A stretch of 64,000 nucleotides of DNA from Thermodesulfobacteriota bacterium (GTDB taxonomy: Bacteria; Desulfobacterota; Desulfarculia; JACQYL01): NCBI GenBank assembly GCA_963675595.2, contig CAXXLZ010000002.1:2368001-2432000 (forward strand), written 5' to 3'. This document shows, one piece after another, positions 8,981 through 17,755 of this stretch (position 1 is the first letter of the stretch; each line of letters opens with the position of its first letter). Both the position numbers and the translations under genes were made by a program. The notes beneath the pieces are model-generated. The model was given only the letters and a program-made list of their open reading frames with translations, did not search any database and was not told where the DNA came from.

Positions 8981-9726
8981 AGACGCAGCTGGCAATGGTA
9001 ATCGACGCATCCAGGTGCTGGGACTGCAAAGCCTGCATGGCCGCCTGCAAAACGGCCAACAAGGTCCCCGAAGGGCAGTGGCGGAACTGGATCAAGAGCG
9101 TGGACCTGGACCTGGTGGAGCCCGGAGGAGGGCGGCTGATCTTCCAGCCGGGCAACTGCATGCACTGCAGCGAGCCTCTTTGTATCAAGGCTTGCCCCAC
9201 GGGCGCCACCTATCGAAACGAAGCCGACGGCACCGTCCTCATCAATCGGGAACTTTGCATCGGCTGCGGGCAGTGCCTGCCGGCCTGCCCTTACGGCGCA
9301 AGATTCAGACACGCGGAACTCAGGGTCGCGGACAAATGCGACTTCTGCGCCGAACGCAGGGCCGCCGGCCTGGAGCCCGCCTGCGTAGCCACCTGCCCAA
9401 CCAAGGCGCGTGCCTTTGGAAATCTTGCAGATCCGGAGAGCGAAGTCGCCCGCCTGCTCAAACGGAATGAGTCCGTGCAACTGGTTCAGGCCAAAAGCCC
9501 GACCGACCCCAACATTCGTTATCTCGGAAATCCCGGACGGACCGATTGGCCCGTGGAGGCGCAAATGCCCTCGGCATTCGGGTTCTGGAAGAACGTGGCG
9601 GGCCCGGTGGTCAAGATCTTCGTCGGATTTTCCGCTTTGGGCTTCGGCGCCATGCTGGCCAAGCAACTTTTCCTCCCCGATCATCCCGAGGAAGACCGCC
9701 AACCTGAGGAGAAACGCCATGAATAA
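8977..9726 (+). CDS. 4x[4Fe-4S] electron-transfer subunit (PsrB/PhsB-like) with C-terminal TM anchor
   Basis: CWDCKAC, CMHCSEPLC..CP, CIGCGQC..CP, KCDFC..C..CP; ATGA overlap with subunit A. Confidence 0.93.
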   Translation: MKTQLAMVIDASRCWDCKACMAACKTANKVPEGQWRNWIKSVDLDLVEPGGGRLIFQPGNCMHCSEPLCIKACPTGATYRNEADGTVLINRELCIGCGQCLPACPYGARFRHAELRVADKCDFCAERRAAGLEPACVATCPTKARAFGNLADPESEVARLLKRNESVQLVQAKSPTDPNIRYLGNPGRTDWPVEAQMPSAFGFWKNVAGPVVKIFVGFSALGFGAMLAKQLFLPDHPEEDRQPEEKRHE

Positions 9727-10453
9727 CCGAATGATCCGACGTCACGGACCGGGGGGCATTTTCATCCACTGGTTCAACGCGGTTTGCTGGTTTTTCCTCC
9801 TGGCCACCGGTCTGGGTCTCATCAAGAACCCGGACCTTCAGCCCTTGGGCCCATGGTGGCCCAACTTCATGAACTCTTTGTTCGGCGGCGGGGAAACTCT
9901 TTTGGCCGTCCATTGGGGCACCGGCGCGGTCTGGGCTGGCATCTGGCTGATCTTCATCCTGGCGGGTCTGCTTCGATACACGGCCCCGTTTCTACGACAA
10001 ATCTTCTCCTACCACCTTTCCAGGGACCTGGAGTGGATGATCAAGAAGCCCTTTCAAATGATCCTGGGAACCAAAGCCATGGCCGCCCTGGTTCGCCCTT
10101 TGGGTTGGGATGGAAACATGCCCGAACAGGGATTCTACAACGTCGGGCAGAAAGCGGCCGCGGTCGCCATGGCGGCCGGAGGCCTTGTCCTTGTGATCAC
10201 AGGCGTCATCATGACCCTATCCAAGTACTTCCTTTCCCCGAATCAGGTCCCCATGGTTCAGTGGAGCATCACCATCCACTTCATCGCGGCCGGCCTCACT
10301 TTCGGAGTGCTTCTGATCCACATCTATATGGCGGCGGTAAGCCGTGAGGAAAGGCCTGCGTTCATTTCCATGTTTACCGGGACGGTTCCGGAAGATTACG
10401 CGGCCCACCACCACGGTCTTTGGTACGAAGAAGTCAAAAACAGCGGTAAGTAA
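9719..10453 (+). CDS. Cytochrome b membrane anchor (PhsC/FdnI-like)
   Basis: RRH..IHWFNA, YNVGQK, IHF/IHIY heme-b His, SMFTGTV..YAAHHH; start ATG 9719. Confidence 0.9.
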   Translation: MNNRMIRRHGPGGIFIHWFNAVCWFFLLATGLGLIKNPDLQPLGPWWPNFMNSLFGGGETLLAVHWGTGAVWAGIWLIFILAGLLRYTAPFLRQIFSYHLSRDLEWMIKKPFQMILGTKAMAALVRPLGWDGNMPEQGFYNVGQKAAAVAMAAGGLVLVITGVIMTLSKYFLSPNQVPMVQWSITIHFIAAGLTFGVLLIHIYMAAVSREERPAFISMFTGTVPEDYAAHHHGLWYEEVKNSGK

Positions 10454-10488
10454 TAAAACCAAGGCTCAAAACAAGGAGGATGCATTCC

Positions 10489-11319
10489 ATGAAGCAGATC
10501 AAACTCTTGGCCGTTTTCATGCTCATAACGGTATTCCTGCTCCCCGTCACGGCCCTTCAGGCCGCGGAGGAAAAGAGCAGGGAACCGGCCTACAAGCCGT
10601 TCCACACCATTGTGGAAGCCGATTTCGTCAAGGAAATCGTGGACCAGAAAATCCCCGGTATCCTCATCGATGCACGGCCCAAACTCAAGAAATACGATGA
10701 GGGTCACATTCCCGGCGCGCTCAGCGTACCCACCACGCGATTTGAAACCATGAAGGGCTATCTGCCGACGGACAAGAACGCCCTGATCGTCTACTACTGT
10801 GAGGGGGTGAAATGCGCTCTGAGCCACAAGAGCGCCTACAAGGCCGAAGAGCTGGGCTACACCAACGTGAAGGTCTACGCCAAGGGATACCCCGAGTGGA
10901 AGGCCCTGTACGGTGAAGGCGCTCAAGGCCTCGCAGCCGCTCCCAAAGCGGCCGTTGATCCCGGCAAAAAGAAGTTCAAAGCCGGCAAGGCCGAAGGCAC
11001 CATGGATCAGGCCGTATTCGAGGAACTCCTCAAGAATGATCCCGACGCCGTGCTGCTGGTGGATGTGCGCGATCCTCACGAATTCAAGAAAGGCGCCTTC
11101 AAAAACAGCGTAAACATTCCCGTGGACGAGCTGGAGAAGCGCCTCGCCACCTGGAAGCCGGAAAAGCCCGTGGTCTATGTGTGCGGAACCGGAGCCCGCA
11201 GCGGTGAAGCCTATTACATGACATTGGACAAGCGCCCGGACATGATCGAAGTCTACTACGTGGACGGAGAGATCGTATGGGATCAGGACGGCGGACACAA
11301 GATGACGCCGCCCAAATAA
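10489..11319 (+). CDS. Periplasmic tandem-domain rhodanese (sulfurtransferase)
   Basis: Signal peptide; IDARP..GHIPGA..YYCEGVKC and VDVR..YVCGTGARS active-site loops. Confidence 0.92.
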   Translation: MKQIKLLAVFMLITVFLLPVTALQAAEEKSREPAYKPFHTIVEADFVKEIVDQKIPGILIDARPKLKKYDEGHIPGALSVPTTRFETMKGYLPTDKNALIVYYCEGVKCALSHKSAYKAEELGYTNVKVYAKGYPEWKALYGEGAQGLAAAPKAAVDPGKKKFKAGKAEGTMDQAVFEELLKNDPDAVLLVDVRDPHEFKKGAFKNSVNIPVDELEKRLATWKPEKPVVYVCGTGARSGEAYYMTLDKRPDMIEVYYVDGEIVWDQDGGHKMTPPK

Positions 11320-11364
11320 GCATCGAGTCTCTCCGAACCTCCAACGAGAGCATTCCCATCCTTT

Positions 11365-11394
11365 GCGGGGTTTCCCTTCACGGGGAGGCCCCGC
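11365..11394 (+). other. GC-rich stem-loop between the two rhodanese genes
   Basis: GCGGGGTTTCCCT-TCAC-GGGGAGGCCCCGC 13-bp stem with G-U pairs; no U-tract. Confidence 0.5.
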
Positions 11395-11420
11395 CTACCT
11401 GCAGATACACCGGTGCGCGT

Positions 11421-12464
11421 ATGAGGTCGGCAATTCCCGGAGTGGGTCGGTTCATGATCGGTTGGCTTCTGCTGACGGCGCTGCTTTTTCCGGCCGTCCG
11501 CTTAAGTGCCTCCGACCTTCCCCCGTCGGGCTCCGGGGACCTTCCGGTATGGGGGTCCCAGGTACTGGCCAAAGCAGCGGAATGCGGATACGGACTCATC
11601 ACGCCGCCCGAACTCGAATCACTCATTCATTCGGGCAAAGATTTCGTTCTACTGGACGTCCGACCACCTTATGAGTTCAGCCAGGGCCACCTGCCCGGGG
11701 CCGTCAACCTCGAATTTCACTTGGGCCATTTACACGAGCTCGATCCGGGTCGAAAAGAAGCGTTCGAAAAAATTCTCGGGCCCGACCCCCAACGCAACGT
11801 GGTGATTTACTGCCGAAGTTTCAGGTGACTGCGAAGCGAAGTGGCGGCTCGGTGGGCCGTGAAGCTCGGGTATGAAAACGTCTCCCAGTTCCCCTGGGGC
11901 TACCAGGGCTGGGTGGAAGCGCATTCCGGCAGAACGGGACCCGCTCCGGACACCCTGGGGCTCCGACCCGGCAACTACTTCCCCGCGTGCGGATTGACCG
12001 TTCTCGATGGGAAAAAAGATCGACCCTACCTGGGACTCGAAGCAAACGTGAAGTCCTTCGGCCTCAACGAAATCGGGAGCCCTTTCCTCCTGGTGGCCCT
12101 CTACAACGAACTCTGTTCCACCTGCCTCTCTCAGTTCCCCGTTTATGATTGCTTGTTCCAAGCCATCTCCAATGACCGGGAACTGAAGCCCCGCATCCGA
12201 TTCATCGGTTTGGGCGTGGAAAGCCTGAAACGGGAGGTGGCTAAATTCCGAAAGATGAAGGGGGTGGCCTTTCCCTTGTTCGCGGACGAACGCAGGGAGG
12301 TTTTCAACAGTGTGGGCCGGCCCTCCCTTCCCGTACTCTATCTGCTCAAAAAGGAGAGCTTCGGTCATCGCATACTCATGATCCACAAAGGCCCGGTGGA
12401 CGCCCCGGACCGATTTCTTTCCGCCGTCCGAGACTCGCTGCGTAAAGAAAGCTCGGGGCATTAA
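11421..12464 (+). CDS. Putative selenoprotein: signal peptide-rhodanese (CxxxxU)-thioredoxin-like (CxxC) fusion
   Basis: Two ORF-track ORFs are in one frame, separated only by TGA 11826-11828 inside the rhodanese active loop (VIYCRSFR*LRSEVAA); SECIS-like hairpin follows; C-terminal LCSTC thioredoxin-fold domain. Confidence 0.8.
11844..11860 (+). promoter_or_regulatory. Putative bacterial SECIS hairpin
   Basis: GCGGCTC-GGT-GGGCCGT stem-loop starting 15 nt after the in-frame TGA, with G at the start of the loop. Confidence 0.6.
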
Positions 12465-12489
12465 GGATGCTCCCATCCCTCGGAACCGT

Positions 12490-13113
12490 CTATTTGCCCA
12501 ACATCCGGGAACAAGTCTCCAGCAGACCCACGAGCATCTGGGCGGCCTCACCGTAAAAGGGCTCGGATTTCCCGCAAAGCAGGTCCCGCAAGCGGCCCGT
12601 CCAAGGCAGCAATTCGTCGGTGAGAAAAACACGGGCCTCGGCAAGAGCCGTAGGGTCCTCTCCGGTGAGGCCTTGCTCCAACAGAACGCCCAGGTATTCC
12701 AGCTCAAATGACAAATGGTCCGGAGGCGTTCCTTCCCGCCCGGCAAGTTCCAGTCCCCGCGCCCGAAAACGCTCCCGCATGCGCAAAGCCGCGGCGCCCA
12801 TGAGACGCCGATCCTCCTCGTAACAGGACTCGTACAGGTCCACGGCCGCGCCCCCCAGGTCGTTGACGAACAACCGGACGTAGACTTGCTCCAGAGCGTT
12901 TTCCAGCGCTTGAGCGTCGGGGAAGCCGTCGAGATAACGGATCAGGTCCCGCGCCGCGTCCGCGGAAGCCTCAGGCAGCAAAGACCGGACTTCCGCGATC
13001 TTGTCCCGAAAATGGTAGACCGACGGCCTTCCTCCGGTTTGGAGCGAGGGTCCCCAGAAGATCAACGCCGTCAGCGCGATGCCGTCCAGCAGCCGCTCCC
13101 ACTCTGATTGCAT
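12490..13113 (-). CDS. TorD/DmsD family molybdoenzyme maturation chaperone
   Basis: YVRLFV, LYESCY and PPDHLSFELEYL motifs. Confidence 0.9.
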   Translation of the reverse strand: MQSEWERLLDGIALTALIFWGPSLQTGGRPSVYHFRDKIAEVRSLLPEASADAARDLIRYLDGFPDAQALENALEQVYVRLFVNDLGGAAVDLYESCYEEDRRLMGAAALRMRERFRARGLELAGREGTPPDHLSFELEYLGVLLEQGLTGEDPTALAEARVFLTDELLPWTGRLRDLLCGKSEPFYGEAAQMLVGLLETCSRMLGK

Positions 13114-13345
13114 GATCCCTCCACGATTCAAATCGATTGGAATGGATCACTATATCCGTCGGGGAATCATTGTGTAAACGGGGAAAGGAGCCGCCGTCGT
13201 CATTCGCTGATGGGAGAATCGCCAGGGAAGCGTCTCCAAAAGGAACGTGGGGGGTTTTCCTCTGAAAACACCCCCACGAAATAACAGCCGACCTTGAATT
13301 TCGTTTCCGGTCGTAATCCACCGGGGAATCAACCCCGGGAAGGAA

Positions 13346-15460
13346 TCATTTGGAAGCCGCAACCTCACCTAACGGAAGCCGTTTGAAGCGGCCGCCCACC
13401 ACGATGGGATCGCCTTTGTAGCCCAGTTTTTCGAAGTCGATGTAATCGGTGGAGTTCACCAGGTCGAGCACGTCCCTGCCTTTGTAGTAGAGCTGTTTGA
13501 AATCCACTCCGGCGGAAGCCAGGGCCTTGAAGTCCACGTCCCGGTTGTCCTGGTGACAACGGTTGCACGTTTTCTCCCCGGTCAGGCTCTTGTGGCATTG
13601 CACGCAGGAAAGAGCACGTTCCTTGGGAACGATCTCGTGGTTCAGGCCCCAATACATCTTGGTTTCCACCCACTCGAATTCACCGCTGTAAGGCAGGCCC
13701 GCCGCCTCCATGCCGTCCTTCAGGGACTTCTGCCAATCCAACGTCTTCCAGTAGCCTCCGGGGCCGAAAAGATGCGGAGCCAGCAGGATCCGGTTTTTCG
13801 CATCGGCCGGCTGCTTTCCGGCCATGATCTTGAACGGGTAGATTTTCGATTTGGGATCGCGGATGTCGCCCACGGGTTCCGTGATGTTCACCACGCCCGA
13901 GTCGGGAATCCGGTCGCCCAGCAGTTGACGTTTCACCTTGCCGTTATACCAAGTGTACACGGGCTTCACGCTTTCCTTCCAGAGGAACTCCCCTTTCTTC
14001 CAGAAATAGTCGGGCATGCCGTATTTGTCTTTGTTCACTACCCGCTTCTTGTCGCCGGCCTTGGACCAATCCCACCAGGTCTTGGTCGGCTTGCATTTGG
14101 CATAGATGGGACTGTGACACGTGACGCAGGCCAATGTTTCCGCGTGGCGATTCAGGTGGTGGGAAAGCAGATTCCCGCTCACGTGCGCCGGAGCGGAGTG
14201 ACAATCCTCGCAGGACCGGCTTCCCTCGGCCACGGGAAGGGAGAGGCTTCTCCCGGATATCTTGTGATTCCGGGTCTTGTGGCAATCCCGGCACTGGAAG
14301 TCCAGACCGCCCATGTGAACGTCGCAATTCCTGGAAGGATAATAGAGTACTCCGTTCATATCGCCGTGCTTGACGGCGTCCCCGCCTCCTCCCTGGAAGT
14401 GGCAGTCGCCGCAGTTCTTCCTGGTGGGTTTGCCCACGCTTTTGGCGACCTTGACCAGGTCCACCTGAGGATACGGCATTCCGGCGTTGGGAGGCGATTT
14501 CCGATAGGTGAGGGTCCCATCGTGACACACCAGGCAGTCCATACGGGTCTTGTCGGAAAAGTCGAAGTTCGCGTCCTTCCAACCGTAACCCGCGTGGCAA
14601 CTGGTGCATCGAGGCCAATTGCTCGGCAAAGCGATGCAGAAGTTGTTGATGGTGTTGGTGGCTTTTCCCGATTGGACCTGTTTTTCATGCCCCACGGTAT
14701 ACGGGGAAGGGCCTTTCCACAACCAGTGGGCCGCGGTGAGCATGTCTTCCGCCTGCGCGTCGTGACACCTCAAACACTCCCGGGTGACCTGAGTCGGTTC
14801 CGGATTGTCCGGCAGTTGAACCAGCTTGGAATGATCGGGGACCTGTTTCCCATGGCAATCCGTGCATCCCACGGGACCTTGTCCCATCTCTTTGTGGCAC
14901 CCCATACATTGCCTGTGATAGGCCGCCTTCAATCCCACTCGACCCGGCACCTCGGGCTTGAAGGATTCCTGATGACAGGCGGCGCAACGCTCGGTTTCCG
15001 ACGCGGCCGGGTCATCCGGACGGTAGTGGTGGCACTTGAGACAATCCCCCACCTTGGCCGCATGCTTCTTGTGCATAAAGCGAACCGGCTCGTAGTCGTT
15101 TTCCTCTTTCTGAAGGATGGGACTGTTCAAATACAGATATCCATGTTTCAGCTCGTTCATGGTGGGAGCCTGATCGCCCAAACGTTGCTTCCGCTCCCAG
15201 GATGATTCCTCCTTTACGTCTTTCACGAAGGCCACCGGTTCGGCGGCACGCTGCTCGGCCTCCAACTGATCCACGGGGTGGAAAGGAGTGCCGTCGGGCA
15301 TCGTGGGTTCCGGAGGAGGAGGAAGTTCCATGGCGGGAGCGGCCTTGGCCGCCGCCTTCTCCTCTGCGGTGGTGCCGACCCCCTGAAACAGAAAGGCCAA
15401 GCCCACCAGGATCACCAGGATCGAACCGGCCAAAAGCCGGGATTTCTTTTTCATGCTCAT
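13346..15460 (-). CDS. Octaheme tetrathionate reductase (Otr)-family cytochrome extended to 13 CxxCH motifs
   Basis: N-terminal anchor; 4 CxxCH in a c3-like N-domain; Otr core (HWLW, INNFC, CTSCHAGYGW, GGGGDAVKHGD, WDWSKAG) with 8 CxxCH; one extra CNRCH. Confidence 0.88.
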   Translation of the reverse strand: MSMKKKSRLLAGSILVILVGLAFLFQGVGTTAEEKAAAKAAPAMELPPPPEPTMPDGTPFHPVDQLEAEQRAAEPVAFVKDVKEESSWERKQRLGDQAPTMNELKHGYLYLNSPILQKEENDYEPVRFMHKKHAAKVGDCLKCHHYRPDDPAASETERCAACHQESFKPEVPGRVGLKAAYHRQCMGCHKEMGQGPVGCTDCHGKQVPDHSKLVQLPDNPEPTQVTRECLRCHDAQAEDMLTAAHWLWKGPSPYTVGHEKQVQSGKATNTINNFCIALPSNWPRCTSCHAGYGWKDANFDFSDKTRMDCLVCHDGTLTYRKSPPNAGMPYPQVDLVKVAKSVGKPTRKNCGDCHFQGGGGDAVKHGDMNGVLYYPSRNCDVHMGGLDFQCRDCHKTRNHKISGRSLSLPVAEGSRSCEDCHSAPAHVSGNLLSHHLNRHAETLACVTCHSPIYAKCKPTKTWWDWSKAGDKKRVVNKDKYGMPDYFWKKGEFLWKESVKPVYTWYNGKVKRQLLGDRIPDSGVVNITEPVGDIRDPKSKIYPFKIMAGKQPADAKNRILLAPHLFGPGGYWKTLDWQKSLKDGMEAAGLPYSGEFEWVETKMYWGLNHEIVPKERALSCVQCHKSLTGEKTCNRCHQDNRDVDFKALASAGVDFKQLYYKGRDVLDLVNSTDYIDFEKLGYKGDPIVVGGRFKRLPLGEVAASK

Positions 15461-16626
15461 GCGTGTCCCTCCTCTTTACGCGCGCTGAGGACCGGCAAGT
15501 AGGTCACACATAGTCGGTAAAAGAAGATGATCGAGGACGTCAGCCCCAGAGTGATCGCGATTTCCCCCACGTGAGGATAATAAGGCCGCACCGAGTACGC
15601 GGGCTGAAATCCCACGATGAAGACGTTCATTCGATTCAGAGCCACACCGAGCACGATCAAGGTGCAGGCCACGAAAAGCCATTTTCTGGAACGCCTGACC
15701 CCCGGCATAAGCAGCATAATCCAGGGCAAGGCCACGCCTCCCAGCAATTCCACCAGAAAAGAATGACTCTGTGCCGACCCTTCCAGCAGATAAACGTACG
15801 CTTTTCTGACCACGAGATCGCCGATCTTCAGGGCCAGGTAGATGCCCAACAGGGCAATGGTGATGCGCGTCAGAGGCCTGAGGATCTCCATCTCGTCTTC
15901 AAGGCCGAAGGACCCGGTGGCCAAAGTGGTTTCAAACACCACCATGGGATACCCCACCGCGATGGCCGAGGTAAGAAACAGCAGCGGCAGTATGGGTGTA
16001 TACCAGAGGGGATGGACCTTGGTGGGCGCGATCAGCAGGAGCGAGCCGAGTCCGGACTGGTGCATGCAGGAGAGGACCACGCCCAAGATGATGAGGGCAG
16101 GCATGATCTTTTCCAGAAAATGACCGATCTTGTGCAAAATAGGGAGGACCTTCCCTACGCGTTCGGAAATCACCGGCAGGAACTCGAGGTGAAGCACCGT
16201 GGTGTACACCATGACGCACATGGCTACCTCGAAGAGCACCGAATTGGGCTGCCAGTAGAATATGGGATGCCAGACCGCCCAGTACCGACCGATGTCGAAA
16301 AACAACCCCACGGCCACGAAGGTGTACCCCAGCATGGCGGTGAGCAGCGCCGGACGAGTCACCCCCTCGTACCGACGGCGCCCGAGTATCTGTACCAGCG
16401 CCGCGGTGGTGAATCCGCCGGCCGCCAGAGCCACACCGGTAGCCACATCGAAACCGATCCAAAGACCCCACGGATAGTAGTTGTCCAGGTTGGTTACGGC
16501 TCCCAAGCCGCCCACTAAACGGGCGATAATGAAAAGGAGGCCCAACAACATGAACGCGAACAGCAACTGTGTGCCCGGAGTCCAGAAACGAGCCTCCAGG
16601 GGACGTGGTGAACCATGGGCATCCAT
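15457..16626 (-). CDS. NrfD/HybB-family quinone-interacting membrane subunit
   Basis: YPWGLWIGFDV..GVALAAGGF, DIGRYW, SVLFEVAMC, LSCMHQSGLGSL, PLWYTP motifs; start ATG 16626. Confidence 0.92.
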   Translation of the reverse strand: MDAHGSPRPLEARFWTPGTQLLFAFMLLGLLFIIARLVGGLGAVTNLDNYYPWGLWIGFDVATGVALAAGGFTTAALVQILGRRRYEGVTRPALLTAMLGYTFVAVGLFFDIGRYWAVWHPIFYWQPNSVLFEVAMCVMVYTTVLHLEFLPVISERVGKVLPILHKIGHFLEKIMPALIILGVVLSCMHQSGLGSLLLIAPTKVHPLWYTPILPLLFLTSAIAVGYPMVVFETTLATGSFGLEDEMEILRPLTRITIALLGIYLALKIGDLVVRKAYVYLLEGSAQSHSFLVELLGGVALPWIMLLMPGVRRSRKWLFVACTLIVLGVALNRMNVFIVGFQPAYSVRPYYPHVGEIAITLGLTSSIIFFYRLCVTYLPVLSARKEEGHA

Positions 16627-17534
16627 CACTCTCCTCCATTCCTTTCCTTCCGATGATTGACCCACATGAAACCGGCCAATACCGCATACAGGCTCGCCGG
16701 GGCCCACATATAGCTGAAGATGCCGTGCTGGATGGTCTCCGTCAGTTTGGGCATGGGTTTGGCGGGTACCTTTTGAAATCCCACCTTTTCGAAGGGAACC
16801 CCGGACAGGTACATCCACGAAGTCCCACCGGCCTCGAATTCGCCGTATATCGCGTCCACATATCGTCCGGGATCCCGACGGATCTTTTCATGAGCCAGTT
16901 CGAGAAGCCGGGCCCGTGGTCCGAACCGGATGGCCTCCACGGGGCATGCGGCCGCGCATCCGGGCTTTCCCCCATCCTTGACGATGCGGTCGAAGCAAAA
17001 GGTGCACTTCCTGACCTGAGGCGCCAGGGCCTCGTGGTATTCATAAGCCGGTATCTGGAACGGACAGGCCACCAGACAGTAGCGACAACCGATGCATTTG
17101 GACGCATCGTAGTGGACCGGGCCGTAGTCCTTTTTGGTCAGCGCCCCCACGATGCAGGCCGAAACACACGCGGGTTCGAGACAATGCATGCACTGCACTT
17201 TGACGAAAGTAGGAACAAGCTGATTCCTCTCGTCCACCCGTCCCGGATACCACCGGTTCACCACCGTATAAGCGCCCACGTCCGGACGCCGTTTTTCATC
17301 CAGGACCCTGGGATCGTCAAAAGGGATCGCCGGTTCGGGAAGCCCGTTCACTTGGTTACACGCCTGTTCACATTTGCGACATCCTACGCAGACCGTCAGA
17401 TCGACCAGGCATCCATAAGCCCCGCCCGCCGGGTCGTCGGAAACGACTGCGGGAAAAGCGGCGGACGGACTCAGCGCCCAAGTCGTACCGCTCAAACCCA
17501 CAAATCTCAAAAATGCTCTACGATCCATACCCAT
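16626..17534 (-). CDS. Tat-exported 4Fe-4S ferredoxin subunit (HybA/HmcB-like)
   Basis: MDRRAFL Tat signal; CVGCRKC, CMHCLEPAC, CIGCRYC, KCTFC; YGEFEAGGTS; C-terminal TM. Confidence 0.92.
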   Translation of the reverse strand: MGMDRRAFLRFVGLSGTTWALSPSAAFPAVVSDDPAGGAYGCLVDLTVCVGCRKCEQACNQVNGLPEPAIPFDDPRVLDEKRRPDVGAYTVVNRWYPGRVDERNQLVPTFVKVQCMHCLEPACVSACIVGALTKKDYGPVHYDASKCIGCRYCLVACPFQIPAYEYHEALAPQVRKCTFCFDRIVKDGGKPGCAAACPVEAIRFGPRARLLELAHEKIRRDPGRYVDAIYGEFEAGGTSWMYLSGVPFEKVGFQKVPAKPMPKLTETIQHGIFSYMWAPASLYAVLAGFMWVNHRKERNGGE

Positions 17535-17612
17535 CCTTCCTTAAATTCCTCCGATTAACAGCAGAATACGGACCGCCCGTGCGAGTCGGTCGAAACGCCT
17601 TCGTGCCCAATA

Positions 17613-17628
17613 ATCAAGAAGCATGCCT
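17613..17628 (-). promoter_or_regulatory. Putative sigma54 promoter of the FeS-NrfD-Otr operon
   Basis: Minus strand AGGCATG-CTTC-TTGAT (GG-N10-GA variant); IHF-like TTTCAATTGGTTA upstream; divergent from a sigma54 activator. Confidence 0.5.
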
Positions 17629-17755
17629 GAACCACCCCCCCTGGGACAAACATGTAACCAATTGAAATTACAGCTATACAAGTACTTTGTTCACTATTTC
17701 TTGATCAGGGAACCTATACGGTGTTAAACAGGTGTTTAAACTGTTGGAGGCATGA

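Noticed and set aside
11826-11828. Pseudogene or two-gene interpretation of the second rhodanese
   Set aside because: The TGA aligns with a Cys in the active-site loop, the frame is preserved and a SECIS-like hairpin follows; selenocysteine is the simpler explanation
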